Assembly (NCBI GenBank): GCA_000442015.1
Contig: KE561064.1
Span: 1-58,027, forward strand
Direction of reading: 5' to 3'
Length of the DNA stretch: 58,027 nt
DNA from: Rozella allomycis CSF55
Taxonomy: Eukaryota
Shown here: positions 1 to 10,166 of the stretch, in pieces
How the letters are laid out: each line of letters opens with the position of its first letter
Position numbering within the stretch: position 1 is the first letter of the stretch
The notes under the pieces: model-generated
The model's database searches: none
Told to the model about the DNA's origin: nothing
What the model saw: the letters and a program-made list of their open reading frames with translations, nothing else
Translations under genes and position numbers: made by a program

Positions 1-133
1 ACCTCCCCGTCCAGTTAACGAGCACTGCGAGACTTGTTAACGATAAAACGTTTAGAACAAGGAAAATGGAAACTATAAATAGATTGGAGGCAACGCCACT
101 GAGGAATAAAAAGGAGAGTAATTGCCAAGCCAC

Positions 134-858
134 ATGCGTTTTTTCTCCTTGATTCTAGTAGTTATAGTCTCTGTAGGATGCTTTCCTGAAGAAACTGGCT
201 TTGAAAAAGTACCCGATGATATTATTTACCACCTGTACAAGCTTCTTCCAATTCAGGATGCTCAGGCATTAAGATACTGCAACAAGAACTTTTGTAGCAA
301 GTTTCCAAAAGATTATATTAAATCTACAGTTCCCAAGCTTTTAACTTTAATATATCGTGACAAGAGACAAGATGTTTTAAGACTGCTATCTACGAAATTG
401 ACACGCAGCTTGATTATCAAAAAATCTAACAGTGCTATCGATCAAGTCATAAAATATTGTTTATTGACCTTTGAAGATAACTTTAATCGAATGATGGTGA
501 GGGATTTGGTTCTGATGTTGTTCGCATAAAACAAACGCTTTTGGAGTGTCGTTCTTTTTCAGAAATTGATTTATTTGAACAATACGACCTAAGACAACAT
601 GGATTTGAAGCATTTTGGAACTTTTTAGTATTGTTTCGAAATGAAGTAGAAAATATGGGTCTAATTAGGATTGCGATTGAGCAGGACGATATTGAAGCGT
701 TCAACAAAGCCATTGAAAGTTGCAAAGAGGCTGGTTACAAATTTAATGAAAAATCTCCAGAATTTACGTCTTTCATTGAAGAAAATGGGGCGGTCAATAT
801 TCAAGAGAACATTTTTGAAAACGGATATTTCGATGCATATGATGAAGAATATGAATAA
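134..858 (+). CDS. Signal peptide + F-box protein, split by a frameshift or unusual intron near 480-546
   Basis: MRFFSLILVVIVSVGC (signal-like) is followed by an F-box (FEKVPDDIIYHLYKLLPIQDAQALRYCNKNF). A second frame is open 487-858 (SNDGEGFGSDVVRIKQTLLEC...). TATAAATA lies at 74-81. Confidence 0.65.
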
Positions 859-877
859 AATGATATTAATATGGAAT

Positions 878-2617
878 TTATTTGCTAAGAACTTTTATAA
901 TTTCTTGTCTTTTATCGCTTGAAAGCTGGGAATATCGTATTATGTACTGTCGCAAGGTAATTCCACCATTGTATTCTTGGAAAAATGAAAATCTAGGATT
1001 ATGAGTTAGTAAAGCGACAAGAAAGTCTATTTTCGCACTGTTGATAATTGATTCAACTTGACTAACAGTAAGATTGACATTATGTTTCTTCAATAAACCC
1101 TTAAATACTGTCACGTCTCCTTCTTTAATGATTTCATTTAGGAGAATTTCTTCTGGTATTGATTTATGTTTAATTAAAAGATCAATAAACTCATGATTAT
1201 TTTGTATTATTCTTTTTAAAATTGACTTGTCAACTTGGGGGTTTATTAAAAGAAGTTGATTGAATGCATTAATAATATTATTTTCAATAGCACAATCTAT
1301 GGCGGCATTGAAATCTATGAGCTCTCTATTAATGGTGTCTCTATAATCGTCAATTATATCGGCTTTCATCATTGTGCACATATCCTTTATATTAATGCTA
1401 ACATTCCATTCTTTCAAAATGTAGTTAATAATAACTCTCAGTTTCAATTCCATAGACCATTGAAATATGTTTTGTGCTTCAAATTCTGTAAAAATACCGA
1501 CAGCCTTTTCAAACACGGGAATCTCATCAAGTTGCATCAAAGCTTTGAAATGAAATTGGTCAAGAAATCCTTTCTTGTATAAATATTCATTAATAAATAT
1601 ATCATTAGAATCAAATGCCCTCAATATTAATTGATATTGAGAAGAAAAATCAAAGTTTTTGAATACAACTTCCAAAGTATTATGATTTTGATGTTGAAAT
1701 AAATATGTCGGTAAATTAATAAATTTTGAATAATCGATCTTGATTTTCTTCATAAAATATTCAGCCAATTTCGCAGAATTTACTTTAATGCTGAATTCAG
1801 CGTGACTATACAAAAGTTCACGTGTAAAGGCATAAATATTTTGAAGATATTTATAAATCTTAAGGGCATCCATTTTCAAAACCACGTGAATGATGTCATA
1901 AATGTCATGTGAATCATCGGTGTACTGAAAATCTAGAATGGTATTTTGACTTTTCTTCACTAAATACTTAAAAACAGCATGAGCATCATTTTTAATTGCA
2001 ACTTCGACAAAAGAATATAATTCCTTCATAAATACTTTCCTTGTTAAATGCAGTCTAGCAAACTCTTTGAATAATCTCAAATAATCACCTTCAATTATTG
2101 AAATAAGGATTTCCATGATATCGTTCGTAAAATATCTATCAATAAGAAACGTTGCTTCGTTCAATAAATGATTATTTTCTAGCATAGCGTCAATAATCTT
2201 CATAAGGGGAATTTCAAATTCAACAGTTTCTTTTACCAATTCGTCAAGCAATGCGTGATTATTTAGGCAATGAAGATATAACTTCAAAGTGGAATTCAGG
2301 TCGTTCTTTCTGAGAATATGTCTACGTGAAAGTCTAGAGTTCAAAATATTGTTAGCCTTTTCTAGTTGTCGAGTTTTAAAGCAAAAATCTAAGTATTCGG
2401 ATGCAAGACTCGTGTGATCTATTCTAAAATTGCTGTTAAGCTGTCTGCTACACGATCTTAGTGCTATTGAATTTTCTACAGGTAAGTATCTATAAATTTC
2501 ACTGATAATTTCATTTGAACAACTAAGAAGACTGGCCTTTTGATTTTTTAATCTTTCTAATTCAGAACATCTAGTAAAAGAGATAAAGAAAATCAATAGT
2601 GAAAAAAGAATTTCCAT
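878..2617 (-). CDS. Signal peptide + F-box + degenerate ankyrin-like helical repeat protein
   Basis: ATG at 2617, MEILFSLLIFFISFTRC, then an F-box (LLSCSNEIISEIYRYLPVENSIALRSCSRQL). Repeated 'AIKNDAHAVFKYL / AIENNIINAFNQLL / IIKEGDVTVFKGLL' units follow. Intronless. Confidence 0.7.
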   Translation of the reverse strand: MEILFSLLIFFISFTRCSELERLKNQKASLLSCSNEIISEIYRYLPVENSIALRSCSRQLNSNFRIDHTSLASEYLDFCFKTRQLEKANNILNSRLSRRHILRKNDLNSTLKLYLHCLNNHALLDELVKETVEFEIPLMKIIDAMLENNHLLNEATFLIDRYFTNDIMEILISIIEGDYLRLFKEFARLHLTRKVFMKELYSFVEVAIKNDAHAVFKYLVKKSQNTILDFQYTDDSHDIYDIIHVVLKMDALKIYKYLQNIYAFTRELLYSHAEFSIKVNSAKLAEYFMKKIKIDYSKFINLPTYLFQHQNHNTLEVVFKNFDFSSQYQLILRAFDSNDIFINEYLYKKGFLDQFHFKALMQLDEIPVFEKAVGIFTEFEAQNIFQWSMELKLRVIINYILKEWNVSINIKDMCTMMKADIIDDYRDTINRELIDFNAAIDCAIENNIINAFNQLLLINPQVDKSILKRIIQNNHEFIDLLIKHKSIPEEILLNEIIKEGDVTVFKGLLKKHNVNLTVSQVESIINSAKIDFLVALLTHNPRFSFFQEYNGGITLRQYIIRYSQLSSDKRQEIIKVLSK

Positions 2618-2866
2618 TGTCACGTGCTTTGAAAGTTTAAGTGTCAACAGTTGATAGTTTAAAAAACACGCATACGATTAATTATTAAAAATTAACACAT
2701 TACTAATAAGTAATATTCAAATTTGTGCCTTTGAATATTGCCCATTCGCTGAACGATAACTTATAATCCTATAACTTTATTTTACTTATACAAAACGCTA
2801 ATTTTTTCCTTGGTGTCACCTAGGAACCTTAAAACTGAAGGCTTGTTGAATCGTGAAATTTGCAAA

Positions 2867-4429
2867 ATGTCGTCAGATTCGGATTACTTTTATGAAGAAG
2901 AAGATAATGCAGAAGATGACTTTTACGATTCTACTCATGACGATTATGATCACTTCAAAGAGGCAAAACCAGAATGGCAAGTAGACTTTAAAGTTTTGTC
3001 GGCCCAAACAATAGAATCCATGCTTGGGAAAGAGATAACTCAAATTTCAAGTATTCTAGGTTTAGACACAGAGATGGCAATAATACTCTTGCGATACTTT
3101 TCTTGGAACAAGGACAAGACCATCGAAAGGTATATGGAAGATCCAGAAAAGGTTCTAGTTGATGCAGGCATTAAAGATGAATTCGCGCAGCCAAAAATAA
3201 TTTATATAGATAATTTCGAATGTCCGATATGCTGCGTTATCAAAGAAAAAGCAGAGGCCTTTGATTATTGTGGAGAACATTGCTATTGTACACAGTGCTA
3301 TTCTCGATACTTGACTACTAAGATAGTAGACGAGGGGGAAGCTCGGAATCTCAAATGTCCTGGCGGATGCAAATTTGTTTTGAATGATAAAACAGTCAAG
3401 CTATTGGTGAGTAACGATGTGTACACAAAGTAACAGAGTTTTCACAACAGAAAATAGATATGAGATTATGCATCTTAGACATTTTATTTCAGATTTGGCC
3501 AATATTAAGTGGTGCCCAGCCCCTAATTGTGATCATGCAGTGGAATGCCAATTATCTTACTCTACAAAAGCAAAATTGATCCCAAATGTTTTGTGCTCAT
3601 GTGGATTTTCTTTTTGCTTCAACTGCCTTCTTTCAGATCATCGACCTGTACCTTGCTCCATTCTAAAAAAGTGGATAAAAAAGTGTTCAGATGATTCTGA
3701 AACTGCCAACTGGCTTTCTGCAAATACAAAAGAGTGTCCAAAGTGCCAAGCAACTATAGAGAAGAATGGTGGCTGTAATCACATGACTTGTAAAAAATGT
3801 AAACACGAATTCTGTTGGATCTGCTTGGGTGATTGGTAAATATAATTTTGTTAACCCATCAAAGGAAAAAACATGGCACCACGTATTATGAGTGCAATTT
3901 ATTTAATGAAAGTGAGCATTCGGCTGTATTAGATGCTCAATCAAGGTCGAGAAAGCAATTGGAGAGGTATCTTCATTTCTATACTCGGTACATCAATCAC
4001 GAGCAAAGTATCAAGCTGGAACACAAGTTAATGGAAAAACTTGAAAAGAAAATGGAAGAAATTCAACAGACAACAGAATATTCATGGATCGAAGTACAAT
4101 TTTTCAAAAGGGGGTTAAACGTTTTAACGGAGTGCAGGAATGTCTTAAAATACACTTATGCTTTTGGTTATTACTTGGCTAGAAATAATTGGACTCTGAT
4201 ATTTGAAGAAAATCAAAAAGATTTGGAATTAGCAGTGGAATGCCTCGCAGAATTGTTGGAGAAACCCTTAAATGTACAGGAACTTTCACAGTTAAAGCAG
4301 CAAATTTTGGATAAATCGGTTTACGTGGATTCTAGAAGAAAAATTCTTGTAAACGATACTGCAAAGGGTTTGTTTGAAGATAGGTGGGATTACTTACCGA
4401 ATGAGGAAGGGAGTATCAGTAATGTATAG
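2867..4429 (+). CDS. Ariadne-family RBR E3 ubiquitin ligase (ARIH1/Hel1-like)
   Basis: Acidic N-terminus, RING1 (CPICC), IBR (WCPAPNC), RING2 (KECPKCQATIEKNGGCNHMTC) and Ariadne domain. Introns 3430-3457 and 3836-3864 restore the frame. Confidence 0.95.
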
Positions 4430-4645
4430 CAAATTATAATAAATTAAATTTATAATGAACAACATTGAAATATGATTTGTTGAGTTTCTATTTTTTTTCA
4501 TAACTGAATTTTATTTAGTAGACCAATGTAAAGCCAGAGGAATATTTCTAAGTTGGTTCAGGGGCTCTTGACACAATCATAAAGCCTATATTTAAAATAA
4601 TTCTATTAATATAACAAAAAAGAATTGGAAATTTCGTAAACAAAA

Positions 4646-5260
4646 ATGTGTTATAGCTGTAGAAATGATCATGTTTGTTGCTGTTCTTGTCCATGCAGAT
4701 CTTGTTTTTTTGTTAAGACTCATGCCTTGAATTGGATTCCAGACTTCCCAAGGCACTATGCGTGCTTTACCTGCAGGCGCGCTTGGAAGCCGCGCCATAC
4801 CATAGGTGTAAACTTTGAAAGACTCATATCATCTCAGCGAAAGGAATTAAGTTGGTCAGCAAAAGAAGCTCTAATCTCTCAAGCTTACTGTCAGGCTTGG
4901 GATTTAAAAAGAGTGCCCCGCTGTACTTGTGGAAGAGGGGGTGTAGAAATGGGCAAAAAATTCCGAGCTCCATCACCGAAAGATGAAAAAGCTTGGCGAG
5001 AGCTTTTGGATTTATGTACACTAGCTGGATCGTTTAGCTTTGGTGACTGTTACAGACCTCATCATGAACGGGCTTGTCATGGTAAACAGGAATGGGGAAA
5101 CTCCCCACTGAATAAATTGCTCGGTGCACTAATCATGAAAGATGATGTGGAAAAATTGATGAAATATTGGTCGCGCGGAGTCTTTGAAAAGGAATCTGCT
5201 TTAAAAATGGCAAAAAAGCTTCGCTCTCAAAAGTGTCTGGCTTTTTTAAATAGAAATTAA
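4646..5260 (+). CDS. Cys-rich putative zinc-binding protein of unknown function
   Basis: Intronless 204-aa ORF with HYACFTCRRAWK ... CTCG..GVEMGKKFRAPSPKDEKAW and a Cys-dense N-terminus. Confidence 0.7.
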   Translation: MCYSCRNDHVCCCSCPCRSCFFVKTHALNWIPDFPRHYACFTCRRAWKPRHTIGVNFERLISSQRKELSWSAKEALISQAYCQAWDLKRVPRCTCGRGGVEMGKKFRAPSPKDEKAWRELLDLCTLAGSFSFGDCYRPHHERACHGKQEWGNSPLNKLLGALIMKDDVEKLMKYWSRGVFEKESALKMAKKLRSQKCLAFLNRN

Positions 5261-5404
5261 CTACCCTTTTTAATGGAAGACATGGTGATTTTATAGTTTA
5301 ACGTTGTAATTCATATACATTTATTGATAGCGTCAAATAAAGATTTATGAGTACGTCAATTTATTTTGGGAAAGACTTACCCATTAATATTCTAATAGAT
5401 GATA

Positions 5405-5499
5405 AATTTAAACTAAACTTATCGCTAATTACGATATTCATCTAAAATCTAAAAATAGATTACCATCTTATAAATATCAGCCGCCGAGAGTTCGGACCC
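5405..5499 (+). promoter_or_regulatory. Duplicated upstream/promoter region with TATA box (copy 1)
   Basis: tctaaaaataga..catcttATAAATAtcagcc.ccgagagttcggacccATG is nearly identical upstream of both paralogs (5500 and 12174). Confidence 0.7.
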
Positions 5500-6231
5500 A
5501 TGTTTAAAAATTATCTTGCTCTGTTGGCACTAAGCTGTATAAGATCTAACCCAGTTGCTTCAAATGATTCTGTAGAGTTTCGCATATCAGAAAACCTGGA
5601 TTTGAAATCTAGTGATGGTTTTGCTGTGTTTGGTGACAAGGCTAAATTCCTTGTGGCTGTTAAAGACGCCAAGCTGAAAGATTATGAGTTTTCTTATGGT
5701 GGCAAAGATGTAAAGTTGATGGCGAAAGATGATGTTCAAGGAGAGTTCGAAGGTGAGATTACGCCTGAATCTAAATTGGAATACAAGCATCAAGAGAAAG
5801 GAGCTGGATCTGTTAGTCTTGTTGATGATGTGCATACTTTACTCAGTCTCAAGTCGGCATCTAGTTCACAGGTTCTCGAAGACGGTGTTTGGAAGGTTGA
5901 TTTTGTAGCTGACTGCAAACAACGAAAAGAAATCTTTGGCGATTGGTTGATTGAGAATAGCGTCATAGCGGAAAACAAGAACTATTGTGATGGATTAAAA
6001 CATGACTACAAAGTAGAAAATGATACACCTGTTCTAGGCCTCTCCTTTCAACATGGAAATCATAAAGAGATGGTGGAGACTTCTGTTGATCTTTCAGGAT
6101 TGTTCAGTGGTTTTAAAAATATCTTAATCATGGCTGTTATTGCACTAGTATTGATTATTGCCCTTTTCTGGGCTTGTTGTTGCAAAGGAGCATGTTGCAT
6201 TTTTTCATTGTGTAAGAGAAGAAAGATATAA
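5500..6231 (+). CDS. Type I membrane protein with Cys-rich cytosolic tail, paralog 1
   Basis: Signal peptide, ~185-aa ectodomain, TM segment (ILIMAVIALVLIIALFWA) and tail CCCKGACCIFSLCKRRKI. Clearly paralogous to 12174..12923. Confidence 0.85.
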   Translation: MFKNYLALLALSCIRSNPVASNDSVEFRISENLDLKSSDGFAVFGDKAKFLVAVKDAKLKDYEFSYGGKDVKLMAKDDVQGEFEGEITPESKLEYKHQEKGAGSVSLVDDVHTLLSLKSASSSQVLEDGVWKVDFVADCKQRKEIFGDWLIENSVIAENKNYCDGLKHDYKVENDTPVLGLSFQHGNHKEMVETSVDLSGLFSGFKNILIMAVIALVLIIALFWACCCKGACCIFSLCKRRKI

Positions 6232-6256
6232 ATAAATCACAATTTAGTTTATTTAT

Positions 6257-6958
6257 TTATTTTTTGTTTCTTTTTATCTTGTTGAATCCAAGGCAGCTGG
6301 ACACTGTTGTAGATTGATACCCAGATTTGACGACCAATTTCATAACTTCGTCTAATATTTCAATGGACTTGCTGTTGTCTTCAAGCATTAGCACGATAGA
6401 CTTTTCTGTTATTCGATTTTTCAATTCTTTGAGCACCTTTTCCGTATAGTTTGTTTGAGAGTAGTATTTCCAATCCTTCGCATCTTGTGACCAGCCAATC
6501 ACATGATAATTTTGGCTTCTTACAAAGTTAAACACGGGTTGGTTTATTTCACCATATGGAGGTCTAAACAGTCTGGAGGTGCCATTAATTTTCTTTAGCA
6601 TTGCGTCCATCTTTTTAAAATCTTCCTTCATCTTTTTGATGGGCATGTCAACATAACTTTTGTGGGAATAAGAATGATGACCTATCTCGTGGCCTTTACC
6701 AATGGCCGATTGGATTATCCCGGTTGCATTGACCCCCATTGTTTTCATGGACTTACCTAACAGGAAGAAAGTGACTTTATGAGTATTGTACTTGGTTTCT
6801 AAGAGAGAAAGCATTGGCACCATAAATTTGCGTGGACCGTCGTCGATGGTGATTGCCACTGTGTTATTTTGACGGCATTTTCGAATCGATAGTCCTGATG
6901 GCAGGAATGAATTTTTGCAAGAGACTAGACAAATGAAGAAGACGAAGACTAGGAACAT
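6257..6958 (-). CDS. Secreted CE4/NodB polysaccharide (chitin) deacetylase
   Basis: TIDDGP, HHSYSH, FRPPYG and DAKDW motifs plus a signal peptide. Motif 5 reads IVLMLE, with no His. Confidence 0.9.
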   Translation of the reverse strand: MFLVFVFFICLVSCKNSFLPSGLSIRKCRQNNTVAITIDDGPRKFMVPMLSLLETKYNTHKVTFFLLGKSMKTMGVNATGIIQSAIGKGHEIGHHSYSHKSYVDMPIKKMKEDFKKMDAMLKKINGTSRLFRPPYGEINQPVFNFVRSQNYHVIGWSQDAKDWKYYSQTNYTEKVLKELKNRITEKSIVLMLEDNSKSIEILDEVMKLVVKSGYQSTTVSSCLGFNKIKRNKK

Positions 6959-7190
6959 TACTAGACTATTTTTAGTAACATGAAGTTGGCATAATTCATT
7001 GAAAATAGAATTAAATATACTTGTAAGTACACTTCATATAATTTTGATTTTCCATTCTATTGCACTATTAATTCAATGTATAAATCTGCTCTGTTTCTAT
7101 ATTTGGTCGAAATGTTCACACCCTAAAATCGTGATAAACGAAAGATAGAGAATTCACGAAAAATCTCCGTGAATCAAGAGCTTGATTTTC

Positions 7191-8327
7191 ATGGATTTAT
7201 TTACGTACCAACAAAATTCTATTTCGAAACTATTACCTCATTCTTATGACGAACAGGAGTTGAATCGAGCAATCCCTCGGACTGAATACTCAGAGAAGCC
7301 ACGAGTTTCATTGAGTTTAAATAGGAACAAAAGGTTGGGGATAGGGCGATACGCAACTGTTTATGAAGGAGACTTGAATTACAAATCAGAGTCGATTCGC
7401 TGTGCGTGCAAAGTATTTTCAGATGAAGATGGCGAAGATTGCTATGTGATGGCCATTGGAGAGATTTTAATGCTTCGAAGATTTACCGATTGCCCATTTA
7501 TTCTGCAAGTGTTGGCAGTAATTGAAGAAAAGACATGGACAGGTTCTATGGAACTGAATAGACTGACGAAGCAATACTTTTTGGAAAGTGAAATGAATAA
7601 CTTATCATTTTCAGAATTATTAAACTCGGATGATAGCGCTTTTGAAGAATCAATTGCAGCTATGAAGCTGGTGGGAAGGAAGCAGAGCAAACTAGTTTTA
7701 GCGCTGCCTCTAGCGGAACAAGGAGACCTTTGGAATTTAATGCAGAATAAGCCTGAAACATTTACAAGAGATTATGTTTATCAATGCACATACCAACTTG
7801 CTCAAGCGGTTGCTACAATCCATGCCCAAGGAGTAGTTCACCATGACATTAAACCACAAAATGTGCTTGTTAACAATGACGGATCACTAATGCTATCAGA
7901 TTTCAGCAATGCGTGTGTTGTTGATAAAGAAACGCTAATGTTATATGACGGTCTTGGACGAGGAACCACGGCCTTTTGTGCTCCGGAGATTTTTTCACGA
8001 AAAGAAGGCTATGATTTTGCGGTAGACATTTATTCTCTTGGAGTTCTACTTTTCACCTTGCTAAATGGGCAAATGCCATTTTCTAATGTCGCGCACCCGC
8101 CCTCCATGATTAATGCTATAAAGAAAGGGTTTTGGGCTTATCACACACCGCCTGGATATTACGGAGACATGGTTAAGATTTTGGATGGTACCAGTTTAAT
8201 GGATGAAGAGCCCTTATTTTTGTGGATTCAAATGTGCACACAAGTGAAGGCGACGGACCGACCTACAGCAGATCAACTAGTGAAAATGATAGAGAAAAAT
8301 ATTCCGGAAAGCGCAATGAATAAATAA
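7191..8327 (+). CDS. Ser/Thr protein kinase (divergent)
   Basis: LGIGRYATVY, CACK, HHDIKPQN, DFS, GTTAFCAPE and DIYSLG motifs. Confidence 0.92.
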   Translation: MDLFTYQQNSISKLLPHSYDEQELNRAIPRTEYSEKPRVSLSLNRNKRLGIGRYATVYEGDLNYKSESIRCACKVFSDEDGEDCYVMAIGEILMLRRFTDCPFILQVLAVIEEKTWTGSMELNRLTKQYFLESEMNNLSFSELLNSDDSAFEESIAAMKLVGRKQSKLVLALPLAEQGDLWNLMQNKPETFTRDYVYQCTYQLAQAVATIHAQGVVHHDIKPQNVLVNNDGSLMLSDFSNACVVDKETLMLYDGLGRGTTAFCAPEIFSRKEGYDFAVDIYSLGVLLFTLLNGQMPFSNVAHPPSMINAIKKGFWAYHTPPGYYGDMVKILDGTSLMDEEPLFLWIQMCTQVKATDRPTADQLVKMIEKNIPESAMNK

Positions 8328-8697
8328 AATTAATGCATTTTATTAATTTGCTAAAGAGAATATTCAACATCGCAAATTTTTGTGTTCTCAATGTGCTTTG
8401 CGAAGCTATGAATATAGTCTCAAGAAATCGCAAATATATACAAAAATATTCCAAGCGGAGCGGAATTCTCCTTGACTTTTAATCCACGATTGGAAAGTAG
8501 ATCAGTATCTATTCTTGATTCCGAAGCAATAAAGCGCATATTCTCTCTTCCAAATCCCCTTAGAATGATTTTTTAATCACTCGGAACACCTATGACGAGT
8601 ATTTTCATCTGAATGTTTATTTATCAAATTAACATATTTCCAAAATTCAACCCCGATAAGAAATTGCCTACTGAGCCACGAACATAGAGAAAAGCTG

Positions 8698-10150
8698 ATG
8701 TCATCTGACTACCAAACATTGGATGAGGAAGGTGCGTTCAACGTAAATGATTTCGTGCTTTTTTAAGTAGCGACCCGTGCGACGTAAATTTAGAGTTGGA
8801 ATGATTGCCATGTTTTCATCGATTATCCTAACTATATCGGTTCTCATCTTTGCATTTTTCACATCCAATGACATAGTAGTTCATCATCCAACCATAAAAT
8901 TATTCAATAATGCAAGAAATGATGTATCAACAGAAACTGTCCTAATGATATCGATTGATGGAGTCCGTGCAGAATATATCGATCGAGGATACATGCCGAA
9001 CCTTGAAAAACTTGCTAATGAGGGAATAATGGCTGATGGTATGATTCCAGTGTTTCCCTCCTTGACATTTCCTAATCACTACACGATAGCAACAGGATTG
9101 TACCCTTACCTACATGGAATAGTGAACAATGAATTTTATGATCCTTCACTGAATGAGACATTTTCATACAAGAAACCAAATCAAAATGAAGGAAAATGGT
9201 GGGGCGGTGAGCCAGTAAGAAATATATTTAAGAATTATAATTAGATTTGGAATACAGTTCAGAAACATGGAATGACTTCTGGTGTCTACTTTTGGCCTGG
9301 CGCTGAAGTGAGTGGCAAATACCCTAACTATTACGTCGAGCCTTACAATGAAACTATTCCAAATCATGAAAGATTAAAGACAGTATTGGAATGGTTGGAT
9401 AAGCCCAGAAGACCTTCTTTTCTAGGAATGTATATTTCAGATGTTGATACAGCGGGGCACAACTTTGGACCCAATTCTTTTAAAGTCAATAAAGCACTAG
9501 AAAGAGTGGACAATGTGATTGGACTTTTAATTAGTGAATTAAAGAAAAGAAACTTGTATGAAAAGGTTCACATTATGATCGTTTCGGATCATGGGATGAC
9601 TGAACTTTCTGATGAAAAGATTGTCTTTCTCGATGAATTAGTGAATATGGGATGGATTGAAAGAAGTGACACAGGCCCATTTGTTTCTATTTGGCCAAAG
9701 AAAAATAAAGGTAAACGAATATTTTTGATCTGATCTAAAGAAGAAATAGTTTATCAAACCTTATATGAGAAAAGTTTAATAAATAATCATTTTTCAGTTT
9801 TCAAAAAGGAATATTTACCAAAAAGATATCACTACAAAGACAATCAAAGAATAGCTCCGATAATTGTTCTTTGTGATCTTGGATGGCTAATGATGAAGAG
9901 ATCAGTTGACAGACCATCGTTTAATGGCATGGGAACTCACGGTTACAATCCAACAGACAAAGACATGCACGCATTGTTTGTTGCAAAAGGCCCCAAGTTT
10001 GTTAAAAATTCTAATTCCTTCAAAATACCAGAGAACAGAATTCCATCTTTCAGAAACCTTGATCTTTATCGCGTGGTGACACGTGTTCTGGAAATTGATG
10101 GGTCACCAACAAACGGAACAGATACTTTGATTCGGCTAATCTTACAATAA
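8698..10150 (+). CDS. Ectonucleotide pyrophosphatase/phosphodiesterase (ENPP/Npp1-like, type II membrane)
   Basis: MISIDG, FPSLTFPNHYTIATGL, DTAGH, SDHG and GTHGY motifs with an N-terminal TM. Introns 8743-8770, 9215-9244 and 9711-9740. Confidence 0.93.
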
Positions 10151-10166
10151 AAATAACTTTATATCT

